Source: Planctomycetia bacterium (GTDB lineage Bacteria; Planctomycetota; Planctomycetia; Pirellulales; UBA1268). Taken from it: a DNA stretch of 54,104 nt. A model generated the notes under the pieces. The model did not search any database. It saw nothing but the letters and a program-made list of their open reading frames with translations, and was not told where the DNA came from. Positions 28,063 to 38,069 of the stretch are shown one piece after another; positions within the stretch are counted from its first letter, which is position 1; each line of letters starts with the position of its first letter. The DNA lies in NCBI GenBank assembly GCA_009924545.1, contig RFRL01000002.1, positions 1 through 54,104 on the forward strand. Direction: 5' to 3'. Made by a program: the position numbers and the translations under genes.

Positions 28063-28915
28063 ATGGGCTACGCGATGGCATCGACACGGACCATGACGGC
28101 GGTGGCCCGCGGCCTGGCGCTGGTGGTGCTGGCGCTGTGGGCCCCCCTCCCCGCCGCCGCCGAGCCAACGCCGCGGGAAGCGGACGGCCGCACCGAGGAG
28201 GTGGAGACCGATCGCGACTCCTTCACCTTCGCCACCACCAGCGCCGGCGCCGGCACGACGATCCTCGAGGCGTCCTATTCCTTCATCGACAATCGCCTCG
28301 GCCCGGAGGCCCACAGCTACCCGGAACTGCTCGTGCGCCGCGGTATCGCCCGGCGGGTGGAGCTCCGCCTCGGCTTCAACCGCGAGGCGGGTGGCCCAGG
28401 GACGGTGTCGGGGACGGAGCTCGGTGGCGAGGACGTGGAAACGGAGGCGGAGAGCCGGATCCTCTACGGCATGAAGGTCGAGACGTCGCAGCAGCGTGGC
28501 TGGGTGCCGCAGTCGGCACTCGTGCTCCAGGGGTTCACGCCGACATCGGGCCCTTCGACCGCTTCCACGCTCATGGTCGGCGAGGCCTTCGGCTGGACGC
28601 TCCCCAACGGCTGGGTGTGGGACACGGCGATCCGCTGGGGCACCGGCTATCTGGAGGCGGCCGACTCGTTCGACCAGTGGGCGCCGTCGACCGTCCTGAA
28701 GATCCCCGTCGGGGAACGGTGGAACGTCCATGCCGAGTACTTCGGGATCTTCTCCGCGGGCAAGGAAGGAGGAGCCGATCGACGGTCAGTTCTTCAGCCC
28801 CGGGGCGCACGTGCTCCTCTCCCGCGACCTGGAGCTCGGTGTCCGCGTCGGCTGGGGCCTGAGCAACCGATCGGCCGCCTTCTTCGCCAATACCGGTCTC
28901 GGCTGGCGGTTCTGA
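28063..28915 (+). pseudogene. MetA-pathway-like outer-membrane beta-barrel (transporter family), interrupted by an apparent +1 frameshift
   Basis: N-terminal part: signal peptide plus TDRDSFTFATTSAGAGTTILEASYSF. At about 28756-28783 (gcaaggaaggaggagcc) the frame changes. The barrel C-terminus GQFFSPGAHVLLSRDLELGVRVGWGLSNRSAAFFANTGLGWRF* is in the +1 frame (track ORF 28730-28915). Total length is 853 nt, which is 3n+1. Confidence 0.55.
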
Positions 28916-29052
28916 GAAGTCCGAAACGTTGCGGATTCCGCCCGCTCCGCGGCACAATTGGCGCCGTTCATCCGCGCTACCCGCGCCCTCCGGTGCCGGG
29001 ATCGCGCGTGGTCGTCCCGTGTCCACCGTGTCGCCGCCCGAGGAACCCGTCG

Positions 29053-29799
29053 ATGACGATGACCATGAGGATCGTGCCCTGGCTGGCGCTGCCGGCCACC
29101 CTGTTGGTTGCCCCGGGCACCGCCGCGGCGCTGCCACCGCGTTCCGAGCGCGTGGCGGCGCGGGTCGCCGAGCGGGCCTATGCCCGGCAGGCGATCGCCG
29201 AGGCGCGCGCCGCGCAGGCCGAGGCCCGTGTGGCCCAGATCGCGCCTCTGGTGCCGGTGCCCCCGCCGCCGCGGCCAGCCACCGTGCGGCGCATGGCCCG
29301 GGCCGGCGTGCCCCTGCCGCCGCCGGGGCCCGTCACGGCCGGCGCCGCGCAGCCGGTGGTCATCGTCGTGAGCGCGGCCGAGCCGGTCGGGGCCGCTGGG
29401 CCCCAGGTTGGTGCTGGGTCCCTGACCGGCAAGGGGGCATCCCCGGCGGCGCTCGAACCACGTGCATCCACCGCATTGGCGGCACCGGCAGGCGGCGCAC
29501 CCGCCCGCATGGCGCCGCAGCCCACGCCCCCGCAGGCCACGCCGGGGCTGGTCGTGCCGGGGCCGGTGGCGCAGGAGCCGGTGATGAAGGGGCCACTCGT
29601 CCAGGGTCGTGGCGCCCTGTCGCCGCGGCCGGTGGCACCGGCCGATTCGCGCGACCTGCGCGACCCCGGCGACGTCGCTCCCGACGGCACGCGGAGTGTG
29701 CTCGTGGTGAGCGAGGAACCGGAACCGTCGACGCCGGAGACCACGGCACCGGCCACCGATGCCACGATCGAGTTGCTCCCTGTTCCCGAGGCGCGGTGA
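29053..29799 (+). CDS. Secreted Ala/Pro-rich low-complexity protein (hypothetical)
   Basis: MTMTMRIVPWLALPATLLVAPGTAAA signal-like start preceded by GAGGAA. GC3 is high throughout. No recognisable domain. Confidence 0.45.
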   Translation: MTMTMRIVPWLALPATLLVAPGTAAALPPRSERVAARVAERAYARQAIAEARAAQAEARVAQIAPLVPVPPPPRPATVRRMARAGVPLPPPGPVTAGAAQPVVIVVSAAEPVGAAGPQVGAGSLTGKGASPAALEPRASTALAAPAGGAPARMAPQPTPPQATPGLVVPGPVAQEPVMKGPLVQGRGALSPRPVAPADSRDLRDPGDVAPDGTRSVLVVSEEPEPSTPETTAPATDATIELLPVPEAR

Positions 29800-29817
29800 C
29801 GGCGGACATGATTCCGG

Positions 29818-32800
29818 TCAATCGGCGATCCGGGCGCCGAGGGTGACGAGGGGGTCGTAGCGATCCACGCCGTCGCCCGTGGCCCAGGCGAGGCCGCGGA
29901 GCACGATGGCGCGGAACACCGGATCGTCGAACGACCAGGAGTAGTGCCCCGGGATCGACACGAACACGCGCCCACCGCCGTGCTCCGCCGTCCAGAACAG
30001 GGGCCGCGGCGCCCCCTCCTCGATCGCCGTGGCGAGCACGCGCACGCGCCCCGGATCGCCGACGAGATCCCAGTAGCTCTCGTCGACAAGCGCCACGCGG
30101 TCGAGATTCCGTGTGATCGGATGGGCGCCGGCGGGGGTGAAGTCGAGGTCGAGCGGCCCGTGGCGGAACCGCGACCGCCCCCCTTCCCAGGCGAGGCCGA
30201 TCCGTGCGGCGAAGCCGGCCGGGTCGGGGCCGCCATCCACGGCGTAGTGGATGAACACAACGCCGCCGCCCCGCTTCAGGAAGGCGTCGAGGCCGGCGGC
30301 ACGCGAGGGGGTCCACGTGCCACGCTGGAAACAGACCAGGCCGTCGGCGGTGGCGAGCTGTTCCGCCGTCGGCCACGGCGCGGCCACGTCGACCTCCACG
30401 CCGTCGGCCACGCCGAGCAGATCGCGCCAGGCCGCCTGCCAGGCGGGGTAGTCGTGCTCGCCGGGCCCGTGGTCCTTGGGACCGGCCACGAGCACGATGC
30501 GGCGCGGCGGCGTGGGGGTGGGGCTGCCGCCGGCGAGGAGCGTGGCCACCTCGGCCCGCGACCGCGGTGGAGGCGGAGGGAGCGGGGCGTCGGGTGGCAT
30601 CCGCGGCGGCGGTTGCGTGAGGAACACGAGCAGGTCGCGGAGCGGGTCGGGCCCGAGCTTCTCCGCCAGGCCCGTGGGCATGATCGACAACGGCGACGGC
30701 TGCATCTGCTCGACGTCGGCGGTGGCGACGCGCAGTTCGCTGCCATCGACGAGGCCGACGCGGAGGGCGTCGCCGTCGGGACGCACGATCCCGGAAACGA
30801 CGCGGCCGTCGGTGAGCGTGAGCGTGTGGGCGAGGTGCTCCGGGTTGAGGGCAGCGCTCGGCTCTGCGATGTCGCGGCGAACCGCGCGCGGATCGCGGTG
30901 CACGAGGTTGGTGAGGTCGGGTCCGATCCACCCACCCTGGCCGTGAACGCGGTGGCAGCGGCTACAAGCTCCCTCTTCCCCGAAGAACACCCGCCAGCCA
31001 CGGGCCCAGCTGCCACCGGCCAGCTCCTCGGGGAGTGTCGCCGGCAACGCCGACGCCGGGCCGGCGGTGTCGGGTGCCACCCAGGGGAGGTGGCAGCGGT
31101 GGAGGGGGAGCGGCCGGGGCCGCGGATCCTCGGCCGTGGACCAGTGGCACTCGAGGGCGAATCCGGGGCCGGTCGTCGCGTCGATCACCACCGCGCGCGG
31201 GCCGGCGGGGCCCGTGAACGCGAGGCCGGACCGTGGTCCGTGACCATCGTCACACTCAAGCGTTAGCGCGCCGGCAAGCGCGACCGTCACCACCTCGCGC
31301 GGCAGCGCCTGGTCGAGCGTCGCCCCCGCCTGCACCTCGGGGCGGAGCATGCCGGTCAGATCGAACGTGGCGGCGAGGCGCAGCGCACCCGGCTGCTCCA
31401 CCAGGTGCCAGAGGCGGTCGTGGTCGGGGCTGCCGGCGGTGAGCTGGCGCGCGAGGGACGTATCGGGGCAGGGGAGCCAGCCCGACCAGGTCTCCCGGCC
31501 GTCGGCCGACCGCCACTCGGCCGCCATCCCGTGCGGTGCGTAGGCCAGATCGACGACGCCGTCGACGCCGAGCGCCTCCGGGTCGAGCGCCAGGGAGAGG
31601 GCGTGGCCGACCGCGGCCCGGTGGGGGGCGGTGGCGAGCACGACGGTGCGGCCGTCGGGAGTCACCTGCACGCCGTGGATCGCCAGCGCCTGCCGCGCCG
31701 CCAGTTCCTGCGCGACGATCACGGCATATCCAGGGCGGAACTGCTCGAACCGGTCCCCCGCCGACACGGCGGGACCATGCTCGATGCGGCTGTCGCGCGC
31801 GGTGGTGGCAAGCCACTCGGGCGGCACCGGGCGATCGAACACCACGCGCACCTCCCCCGGCGCCGGCGTGAACACGAGGCGCGGCTGGGGCAGCTCGGGG
31901 CGCGCGTGCCGGATGCGGAACAACCGGCCGGCGCCGCCCGGGCCGGAGCCCCAGTCGGGGGCGCCGCTGTGGCAGGTGACGACGAGATCTCCCCGGGGCG
32001 ACACGGCGCCATCGACCGGCATCAGCGCCAGGCAGCCGAGGACCGTCCCGCGCGCCACCCGGTCGATGCGGCCGTCGCCGCGCGCCACCGTCGCCAACTC
32101 CACCCGGAACAGCCGCCCGCGCGACTCCCCGCACACCAGGGCACTGCCGCGCCACCAGTCGGGGCCGAAGGACGGAGCCCCCGCCGCCACCGGTTCGTCG
32201 AACACGAGGCCGCAGGTGCTCTGGTGCTGGGGGCGGAAGTCGAACAGGCTCGGCTCGTCGATGACGGTGGGGAGGTGCCGGGGGTGACGCGGCGGGAAGC
32301 CGTAGTGCCGACCCGGTTGGATGGCATGCAACTCGTCGAACGGATTGCCGTTGGCCAGCCAGGTGGCCCCCTCCTGGTCGGTGCAGAAGAGCTGCCCCGC
32401 GCCGTCGACGGCGAGGCCGTAGGGGAAGCGGATCCCCGTGCACACCGTCTCGCGGCGGGAAAAGTCGGGGGCCAGGCGCTGGATCGTGCCGCGCTCGCCG
32501 CGTGGATCGTAGGCAGCGACGCCATCGGGGCCCGGCAGGTAGGCGCTGGTGAAATCGGCGGTGCCGATGCCGAAGTACAAGCTGCCGTCGGGGCCGAGCG
32601 CCGCCCCGAGAGCATCCGACACGCCGCCGGCCGAGACGCGCGGCTCGGGCCAGCCCTCGGCCACCACCTGCGCGTGGTCGCCGCGGCCGTCGCCGTCGGC
32701 ATCGGGGATCCACACCACGCGTCCCACCGTGACGACGAACACGCCTTCCCCGCGCGGATCGCCGCGCGGCGACAGCGCCATCCCCATCACCGCCTTGATC

Positions 32801-33933
32801 GACGGGCTGCGGAAATACTCCGTGGCGGTGTCCTCCAGGCCGTCGCCATCGGTATCGCGCAGCAGCCACACCGCGCCGTCGTAGGCGCCCGCCACGAGGA
32901 TGCCGTCGTGGCGGTAGCGCAGGAAGTTGACGTTGGTGAGGGCCACCGGCAACGCGTCGACGGTGAAGCCGGGGAGGAACATCCGCGCCGTCTCCACCGC
33001 GACCCGTTCCAGCGGCACACCGGCGGTGGGGGCGGCGCGTTCGGCGAGGAACGGGGCGTGTTTCGTCGTCAGCCAGGCCTCCAGCCGGGCGATCGTGTCG
33101 TCGGGGAGCCGGCCGGCGAAGAGGAGCAGTTCGGCGATGTCGCCGTCGAGGAACCCGGTGACCGTCGGCGGCCGGCCGGAGTTGTCGTAGGACCGGGCAC
33201 CGATGACGAGGCGCTCGCAGCGCGCGGCGCCACCCGTGTGGTCACGGCTCCCCGCCGCCGACCCGTCGATGCGGGCGCTCACGCCACCGGGGCCGACGCC
33301 CGCCGCCAGACTGACGACGTGCGCCGCGCCGAAGGGGAGCGACCGATCGCACAGGTCGCCGATCCCGCCGAACCCGGGCCCCTCGACATTGAGCACTTCG
33401 AACCGGGCGCTGGCCGCGGGGCCGAGGTCGACGTTGAAGCCCGAGGTGTAGTCGTTGCGTCCCCGGGCCTGGCCGGCGGCCAATGCGCGGAAGCCGCCGT
33501 GGTTGGACCGCGGGCGCACGACGGCGAGCAGCGTCCAGGCATCGAGCTCGGCCGCGGGGCCGGCCGCCAGGAGGTGGGTGGCGCTGCCGTCGAAACGCAC
33601 CGCCGGCGCCGGGCCGCCGAGCAACAGCGGCCGCGCCGCTCCGTCGGGCTGGAGGGCGTCGTGTCGTGCGCCCGAGCCGTCGCGCCACATGCGCACGCGC
33701 GGCGCGGATTCGCCCGCTTGCGCTCCGGGGTCGTCGCCGACCGGGTCGGTGTCGGCGGCGGGAATCCGCGTGGCATCGAGCCAGAGGAACAGTCCCGTGG
33801 CGTGCGGCAGGGTGGGATCGGTCCACGGCTCGGGCCCGGCCGCGGCGACCGGCGCGGCCAACAGCGAGAGCGCCAGCGCCACGCGGCTTACGGCGGCGGC
33901 GCGGTACAGGGTGGGCATCGGTGCGCTCCGCAT
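29818..33933 (-). CDS. Giant secreted multidomain protein: LamG-like domain, beta-propeller (membrane-bound dehydrogenase-type) domain, PVC-type CxxCH haem-binding domain, and ThuA-like domain
   Basis: The 1371-aa product starts [37 protein letters not shown] is encoded at 30952-30966. The C-terminal VLVAGPKDHGPGEHDYPAWQ..VFIHYAVDG is ThuA-like. The N-terminal LamG-like block contains DGDIAELLLF. The start overlaps the upstream stop by 1 nt (TGATG). Confidence 0.8.
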   Translation of the reverse strand: MRSAPMPTLYRAAAVSRVALALSLLAAPVAAAGPEPWTDPTLPHATGLFLWLDATRIPAADTDPVGDDPGAQAGESAPRVRMWRDGSGARHDALQPDGAARPLLLGGPAPAVRFDGSATHLLAAGPAAELDAWTLLAVVRPRSNHGGFRALAAGQARGRNDYTSGFNVDLGPAASARFEVLNVEGPGFGGIGDLCDRSLPFGAAHVVSLAAGVGPGGVSARIDGSAAGSRDHTGGAARCERLVIGARSYDNSGRPPTVTGFLDGDIAELLLFAGRLPDDTIARLEAWLTTKHAPFLAERAAPTAGVPLERVAVETARMFLPGFTVDALPVALTNVNFLRYRHDGILVAGAYDGAVWLLRDTDGDGLEDTATEYFRSPSIKAVMGMALSPRGDPRGEGVFVVTVGRVVWIPDADGDGRGDHAQVVAEGWPEPRVSAGGVSDALGAALGPDGSLYFGIGTADFTSAYLPGPDGVAAYDPRGERGTIQRLAPDFSRRETVCTGIRFPYGLAVDGAGQLFCTDQEGATWLANGNPFDELHAIQPGRHYGFPPRHPRHLPTVIDEPSLFDFRPQHQSTCGLVFDEPVAAGAPSFGPDWWRGSALVCGESRGRLFRVELATVARGDGRIDRVARGTVLGCLALMPVDGAVSPRGDLVVTCHSGAPDWGSGPGGAGRLFRIRHARPELPQPRLVFTPAPGEVRVVFDRPVPPEWLATTARDSRIEHGPAVSAGDRFEQFRPGYAVIVAQELAARQALAIHGVQVTPDGRTVVLATAPHRAAVGHALSLALDPEALGVDGVVDLAYAPHGMAAEWRSADGRETWSGWLPCPDTSLARQLTAGSPDHDRLWHLVEQPGALRLAATFDLTGMLRPEVQAGATLDQALPREVVTVALAGALTLECDDGHGPRSGLAFTGPAGPRAVVIDATTGPGFALECHWSTAEDPRPRPLPLHRCHLPWVAPDTAGPASALPATLPEELAGGSWARGWRVFFGEEGACSRCHRVHGQGGWIGPDLTNLVHRDPRAVRRDIAEPSAALNPEHLAHTLTLTDGRVVSGIVRPDGDALRVGLVDGSELRVATADVEQMQPSPLSIMPTGLAEKLGPDPLRDLLVFLTQPPPRMPPDAPLPPPPPRSRAEVATLLAGGSPTPTPPRRIVLVAGPKDHGPGEHDYPAWQAAWRDLLGVADGVEVDVAAPWPTAEQLATADGLVCFQRGTWTPSRAAGLDAFLKRGGGVVFIHYAVDGGPDPAGFAARIGLAWEGGRSRFRHGPLDLDFTPAGAHPITRNLDRVALVDESYWDLVGDPGRVRVLATAIEEGAPRPLFWTAEHGGGRVFVSIPGHYSWSFDDPVFRAIVLRGLAWATGDGVDRYDPLVTLGARIAD

Positions 33934-34793
33934 CACGATCGCGCGCCGCGGCCGAGCCGCACCGCGGCGAAGGCACGCACTTGGGCGGTCACCGCCACCT
34001 CGGTGGGTAGTCGCTCCATCGAACTGGCCCCGTAGAAACCGTCGCAGGCGGGCACGCGGTCGAGCACCTCCTGGGCGTCGGCGGGCTCGGCGATCGGGCC
34101 GCCGTGGCAGAGCACGAGGCAGTCGTCCCGCAGCCCCTTGCACACGTCGACGATCTCCCGCACCGCCGTCACACAGTCGTCGAGCGATCGTGCCGAGACG
34201 GCGCCGATGCGTCCCTTGGTGGTCAGCCCCATGTGGGCGACGACGATGTCGGCCCCGGCACCGGTCATGAGCCGGGCCTCCTCCGCGTCGAACACGTAGG
34301 GGGTGGTGAGGAGGTCAAGCTGCCGGGCGGCGGCCACCAGTTCGACCTCCAGCCCGTAGCCCATCCCGGTCTCCTCGAGGTTGGCGCGGAACGTGCCGTC
34401 GATGAGGCCCACGGTGGGGAAGTTCTGGATCCCGGCGAATCCCCGGTCGCGCAGCTCGCGGAGGAAGTGTTCGCGGAGCATGAACGGATCGGTGCCGCAG
34501 ACCCCCGCCAGCACGGGCGTGTGGCGCACCGCCGTGAGCACCTCGTGGCCCATCTCGACGACGATCTGGTTGGCGTTGCCGTAGGGCATGAGCCCGGCGA
34601 GCGACCCGCGCCCGGCCATCCGGTAGCGGCCGGAGTTGTAGATCACGATCAGGTCGATGCCGCCGGCCTCCTCGCAGGCGGCGGTGATCCCGGTGCCGGC
34701 GCCCCCGCCGATGATCGGCTCACCCCGTGCCACCTTGGCGCGGAGCCGGGTGAGGATCGCGGCCCGGGAGTGGTGGGGGGAAGGCGTGGTCAT
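33933..34793 (-). CDS. Phosphoenolpyruvate hydrolase-like TIM-barrel protein (PF09370-type)
   Basis: [49 protein letters not shown] is characteristic of the family that partners UPF0261. There is an ATGA overlap with the upstream gene. Confidence 0.7.
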   Translation of the reverse strand: MTTPSPHHSRAAILTRLRAKVARGEPIIGGGAGTGITAACEEAGGIDLIVIYNSGRYRMAGRGSLAGLMPYGNANQIVVEMGHEVLTAVRHTPVLAGVCGTDPFMLREHFLRELRDRGFAGIQNFPTVGLIDGTFRANLEETGMGYGLEVELVAAARQLDLLTTPYVFDAEEARLMTGAGADIVVAHMGLTTKGRIGAVSARSLDDCVTAVREIVDVCKGLRDDCLVLCHGGPIAEPADAQEVLDRVPACDGFYGASSMERLPTEVAVTAQVRAFAAVRLGRGARS

Positions 34794-36040
34794 GCACGGG
34801 CTCCACGGTGCCGCACCCGGTCGAAGGCGGAGCGCACCTCGATGGCGAAGGCGGGATCGTTGATGTGGACGTCGATCCGCCGCAGCCGGCGGGTGGCGGT
34901 GTCAGGGAGGAGGCGGGTCAGTTCGGCGTGGAGGGCCTCGTCGGCTTCGGGATCGTGGAACGGCCCCCCCGGCGCGTCGAGGGCCGACACGCCGCCGAGC
35001 GGCAGGACGATCTCGAGCGGCCCGGTGGCCGCGGCGAGGCGCTCGGCGATGAAGCGGGCGGCGGCGACGTTTTCCGCGGGGGTCGTGCGCATGAGCGTGA
35101 CCTGCGGGTTGTGGACGTGGAGGAGGCGGTGGCGGAACCGTTCCGGCACGCCGTCGAGGCTGCCGAAGTTGACCATGTCGAGGGCCCCGGTGCTGACGAC
35201 GCACGGGATCCCGCGCCGCACCACGGCGCCGAAGCGGTCGGGGCCGCAGGGGAACACGCCCCCGACGAGGTGGTCGGCGACTTCGGTGGTGGTGAGATCG
35301 AGCACCCCGTCGAGAAGCCCCCCCTCGACGAGCGCCTCGAGCGCCCGCCCGCCGGTGCCGGTGGCGTGGAACACGAGGCAGTCGAAACCGTCGGCCTCGA
35401 GGGGCTGGCGGACCGCGGTGACGCACGGCGTGGTGACGCCGAACATCGTCATCCCCAGGGTGGGCCGCGATCCGCCGGGGGGGAGGGTGGCCGCGCCGTC
35501 GCGCACCATCCCCACGATCGCCGCCGCGGCGTTGGCGAGGATCCGGCGCGACACGGTGTTGAGACCGGCCACGTCGACCACGCTCGGCATGAGGATCAGG
35601 TCGCTGACGTCGACGTAGGGGGCGGTGTTGCCGGCGGCGACCGTGGAGACGATGAGCTTGGGTAGCCCCAGCGGCAGTTGGCGGAAGCCCGGGGCGAGGA
35701 GGATCGTGCCGCCGCTGCCCCCCAGGCCGATCACGCCGGCGACACGCCCGGCGGTGTGCTCATCCCCGAGCCAGGACGCGACGGCCCGCGACATCGTCGC
35801 CACCGCCGCACCACGGTCGAGCCGGGCGGGATCGGCCGCGTTGCCCGCTCCGGCGGTGGGACCCAGGGCCGCGAGGACGGCCGTGCGCGGCACGTCGACC
35901 GGCACGGTGGCGGGCCCTTGCGTGCCGACGTCCACGGTGGTCACCGTGCCGCCGGCGGCACGGATGCGTGCCGCCAGGAACGCCAGTTCCTCCCCCTTCG
36001 TGTCGCCCGTGGCGAAGGCGTGGATGGTGGGCATCGGCAT
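34790..36040 (-). CDS. UPF0261 / Tm-1-like ATP-binding protein
   Basis: N-terminus [18 protein letters not shown] and a 416-aa two-lobed architecture. It is the canonical neighbour of the PEP-hydrolase-like gene. Confidence 0.75.
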   Translation of the reverse strand: MPMPTIHAFATGDTKGEELAFLAARIRAAGGTVTTVDVGTQGPATVPVDVPRTAVLAALGPTAGAGNAADPARLDRGAAVATMSRAVASWLGDEHTAGRVAGVIGLGGSGGTILLAPGFRQLPLGLPKLIVSTVAAGNTAPYVDVSDLILMPSVVDVAGLNTVSRRILANAAAAIVGMVRDGAATLPPGGSRPTLGMTMFGVTTPCVTAVRQPLEADGFDCLVFHATGTGGRALEALVEGGLLDGVLDLTTTEVADHLVGGVFPCGPDRFGAVVRRGIPCVVSTGALDMVNFGSLDGVPERFRHRLLHVHNPQVTLMRTTPAENVAAARFIAERLAAATGPLEIVLPLGGVSALDAPGGPFHDPEADEALHAELTRLLPDTATRRLRRIDVHINDPAFAIEVRSAFDRVRHRGARA

Positions 36041-36239
36041 GGATCAAGGTCCGGGGTGTCCGCGGAGTGTATCCTCACACATCGCGCCAGCGCCGGCTCG
36101 CCGAGGGTAACCGTGCCGGACGTGTTCCGCACGCTGGGCGGCAATGCCTCCGGAGGAGTCACCCCCCTCGCCGTGACGGTTGCCGCCGCGGGGCATCCGC
36201 GTTCAATGAGCTGCCCTGCGGGGGGTGAGAGCGGCGGCC

Positions 36240-37157
36240 ATGGCGATTCACACGTTCACCGACTTCGATGCCTGGGGCGAGGCGATTCGCGGCGCTCACC
36301 TGAATTTGGCCTGTGACGCCGTCGAGGAGCCCTGCTGGTCGCTCGCCGTGCGGCCGCTTGGCGACATCGTGGTCCAACTGGCGCATGAGGGCGGAGGCGA
36401 CCTCTGCTACGGCGCCAACAGCCACCCCGGGGTGACCCTCTTCCTGCCCGTCTCGCGGCCTGCGGAGTATGTCGGCAACGGCGTGCGGTTCGATGACGCC
36501 AGCCTGCTCGCCATCCCGCCGGGGGCGGATTTTCGGATCCATGTGCGCCGCGTGGCCCACGACTGGTGTTCGGTGGCGCTCCCGGCCGGCCGGTTCGCCT
36601 GGTGCGAAGACACCGGCGCGCCCGTCCGGCACAGCCGCGTGCTCGGCGCCGTTCCACGACTCACCTCCCGGCTCCGCGACCTGATCACCCGCACCACCAT
36701 GGCCGGGAGCCTCGACGGAACACCGACGCCGGCGACCCGGGCCGCAGCCGATGCCGTGATGCGTGCGGCCCTCGGCTGCCTCCAGATGCCCGTCAAGGAG
36801 ACGCCTGCCATCGGTCGGCCGCGGCTCGATCGCGGTGAGATCATCCGCCGCGCGGTGGCGGTGCTCGACATTGACTCATGGCCCAGACCGGCCGTGGCCG
36901 ACCTCGCGGTCGCCGTCGGCGTTCCGGTGCGCACGCTCGCCCGGGCGTTCCACGAGTCGTTCGGTGTCAGCCCCTTGGCATACATCCAACTCCGCCTGCT
37001 GCACGAGGTGCGACGCGGCCTGCGGACCGCCGACGAGGGCACGACCGTGGCCCGGATCCTCACCGCCCACGGCATCTGGGACTTCGGTCGGTTCGGGGCC
37101 CGCTACCGGCGGCAATTCGGCGAGACGATGTCGGCCACGCTCCTGCGCCGCCGCTGA
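36240..37157 (+). CDS. AraC-family transcriptional regulator
   Basis: C-terminal double HTH: VADLAVAVGVPVRTLARAFHESFGVSPLAYIQLRLLHEVRRGL...ILTAHGIWDFGRFGARYRRQFGE. It is divergent from the UPF0261 operon. Confidence 0.8.
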   Translation: MAIHTFTDFDAWGEAIRGAHLNLACDAVEEPCWSLAVRPLGDIVVQLAHEGGGDLCYGANSHPGVTLFLPVSRPAEYVGNGVRFDDASLLAIPPGADFRIHVRRVAHDWCSVALPAGRFAWCEDTGAPVRHSRVLGAVPRLTSRLRDLITRTTMAGSLDGTPTPATRAAADAVMRAALGCLQMPVKETPAIGRPRLDRGEIIRRAVAVLDIDSWPRPAVADLAVAVGVPVRTLARAFHESFGVSPLAYIQLRLLHEVRRGLRTADEGTTVARILTAHGIWDFGRFGARYRRQFGETMSATLLRRR

Positions 37158-37188
37158 CGATGGTGCGGTGGGCGGCGGGAGCCCCGCG

Positions 37189-37878
37189 TCAGGGAACGCG
37201 TGGCGTCCCCCGATCCAACGGCGTGCCATGGACCAACGGCGTGCCGTGGAGGACCGCCAAGCGCACGAGCCCCGCCCCGGTGGCTCCGAGTTTCTTGGTG
37301 ATGCTCTTGCGGTGGGTCTCGACCGTCTGTCGGCTGATCCCCAACTCGGTCGCGATCGTCGCCGTCGAGAGCCCCTGGCCGATCCGGCGGAAGACATCCA
37401 TCTCGCGCTGGCTGAGCGTGCGTTCGATCCGCTGGCGGGCGCTCTCGCGGCCGAGCGTCTCGAGCGCCCCGGTGATCGCCCCGGCAATGCTTGGGGCGCC
37501 GTCTTCGATAACGACCACCGTCTGCACCGGATCCGATGCGAGCGGCTGGCGCTGGCGGATGCGCGGGAGCGACTCCCGGTCGGCGACGAGGATCACCCGT
37601 GGCACCGGGGAGGATGTGGCGAGCGTGGCCAACAGCGCCAGACCGCAGCCATCGGGGAGGCTGGGATTGAGCACCACCAGGTCGGGCCGGCTGGCGGCGC
37701 ACGCCGTGCGGCCGGCGGCGACGGTCGCGGCGGTGGCGGCCACGTCGACCTCGAACGGCCCGGCCATCATCCCCGCAACGAGATCGGCGAACGCGACGTG
37801 GCCGTCGATGATCACCGCCACCGGTCGGCGCGGGTTCTCCTTCCGCCGGGAGCGGCAGGTAGGATCGGGAGCGTGCAT
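37189..37878 (-). CDS. LuxR/NarL-type regulator with a degenerate (pseudo-)receiver domain
   Basis: C-terminal LSQREMDVFRRIGQGLSTATIATELGISRQTVETHRKSITKKLG. The receiver-like N-terminus has IIDGH instead of DD, and DLVVLNPSLPDG with Asn (codon 37666-37668) where the phospho-acceptor Asp is expected. Confidence 0.75.
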   Translation of the reverse strand: MHAPDPTCRSRRKENPRRPVAVIIDGHVAFADLVAGMMAGPFEVDVAATAATVAAGRTACAASRPDLVVLNPSLPDGCGLALLATLATSSPVPRVILVADRESLPRIRQRQPLASDPVQTVVVIEDGAPSIAGAITGALETLGRESARQRIERTLSQREMDVFRRIGQGLSTATIATELGISRQTVETHRKSITKKLGATGAGLVRLAVLHGTPLVHGTPLDRGTPRVP

Positions 37879-38069
37879 CAGATCGGATCGTTCTGACAGA
37901 CCGGTGTCGCTGTCACCGTCTTCTCGCCACGCCACGGCCGCCTCGGACGATGGGAAAGGGAACGCCCCGCGGTGAACCCGCCTCGGGCTGCGGAGCCGCG
38001 ATCGATTCCGAGCGAGTATCATAAGGGCATTCCCGCCACCGTCGATGCTATTTCGGACAAAAGTCGGCC

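Noticed and set aside
31405-34035. 876-aa plus-strand ORF, with similar long ORFs at 3455-5479(-), 13434-15533(-), 15675-17608(-), 17207-18967(+), 23555-24961(-), 38235-40043(+) and 40654-42633(+)
   Set aside because: These are shadow ORFs opposite or overlapping genes with clear family motifs. Their translations are Arg/Gly/Pro/Ala-rich with no motifs, as expected for ~70% GC DNA.
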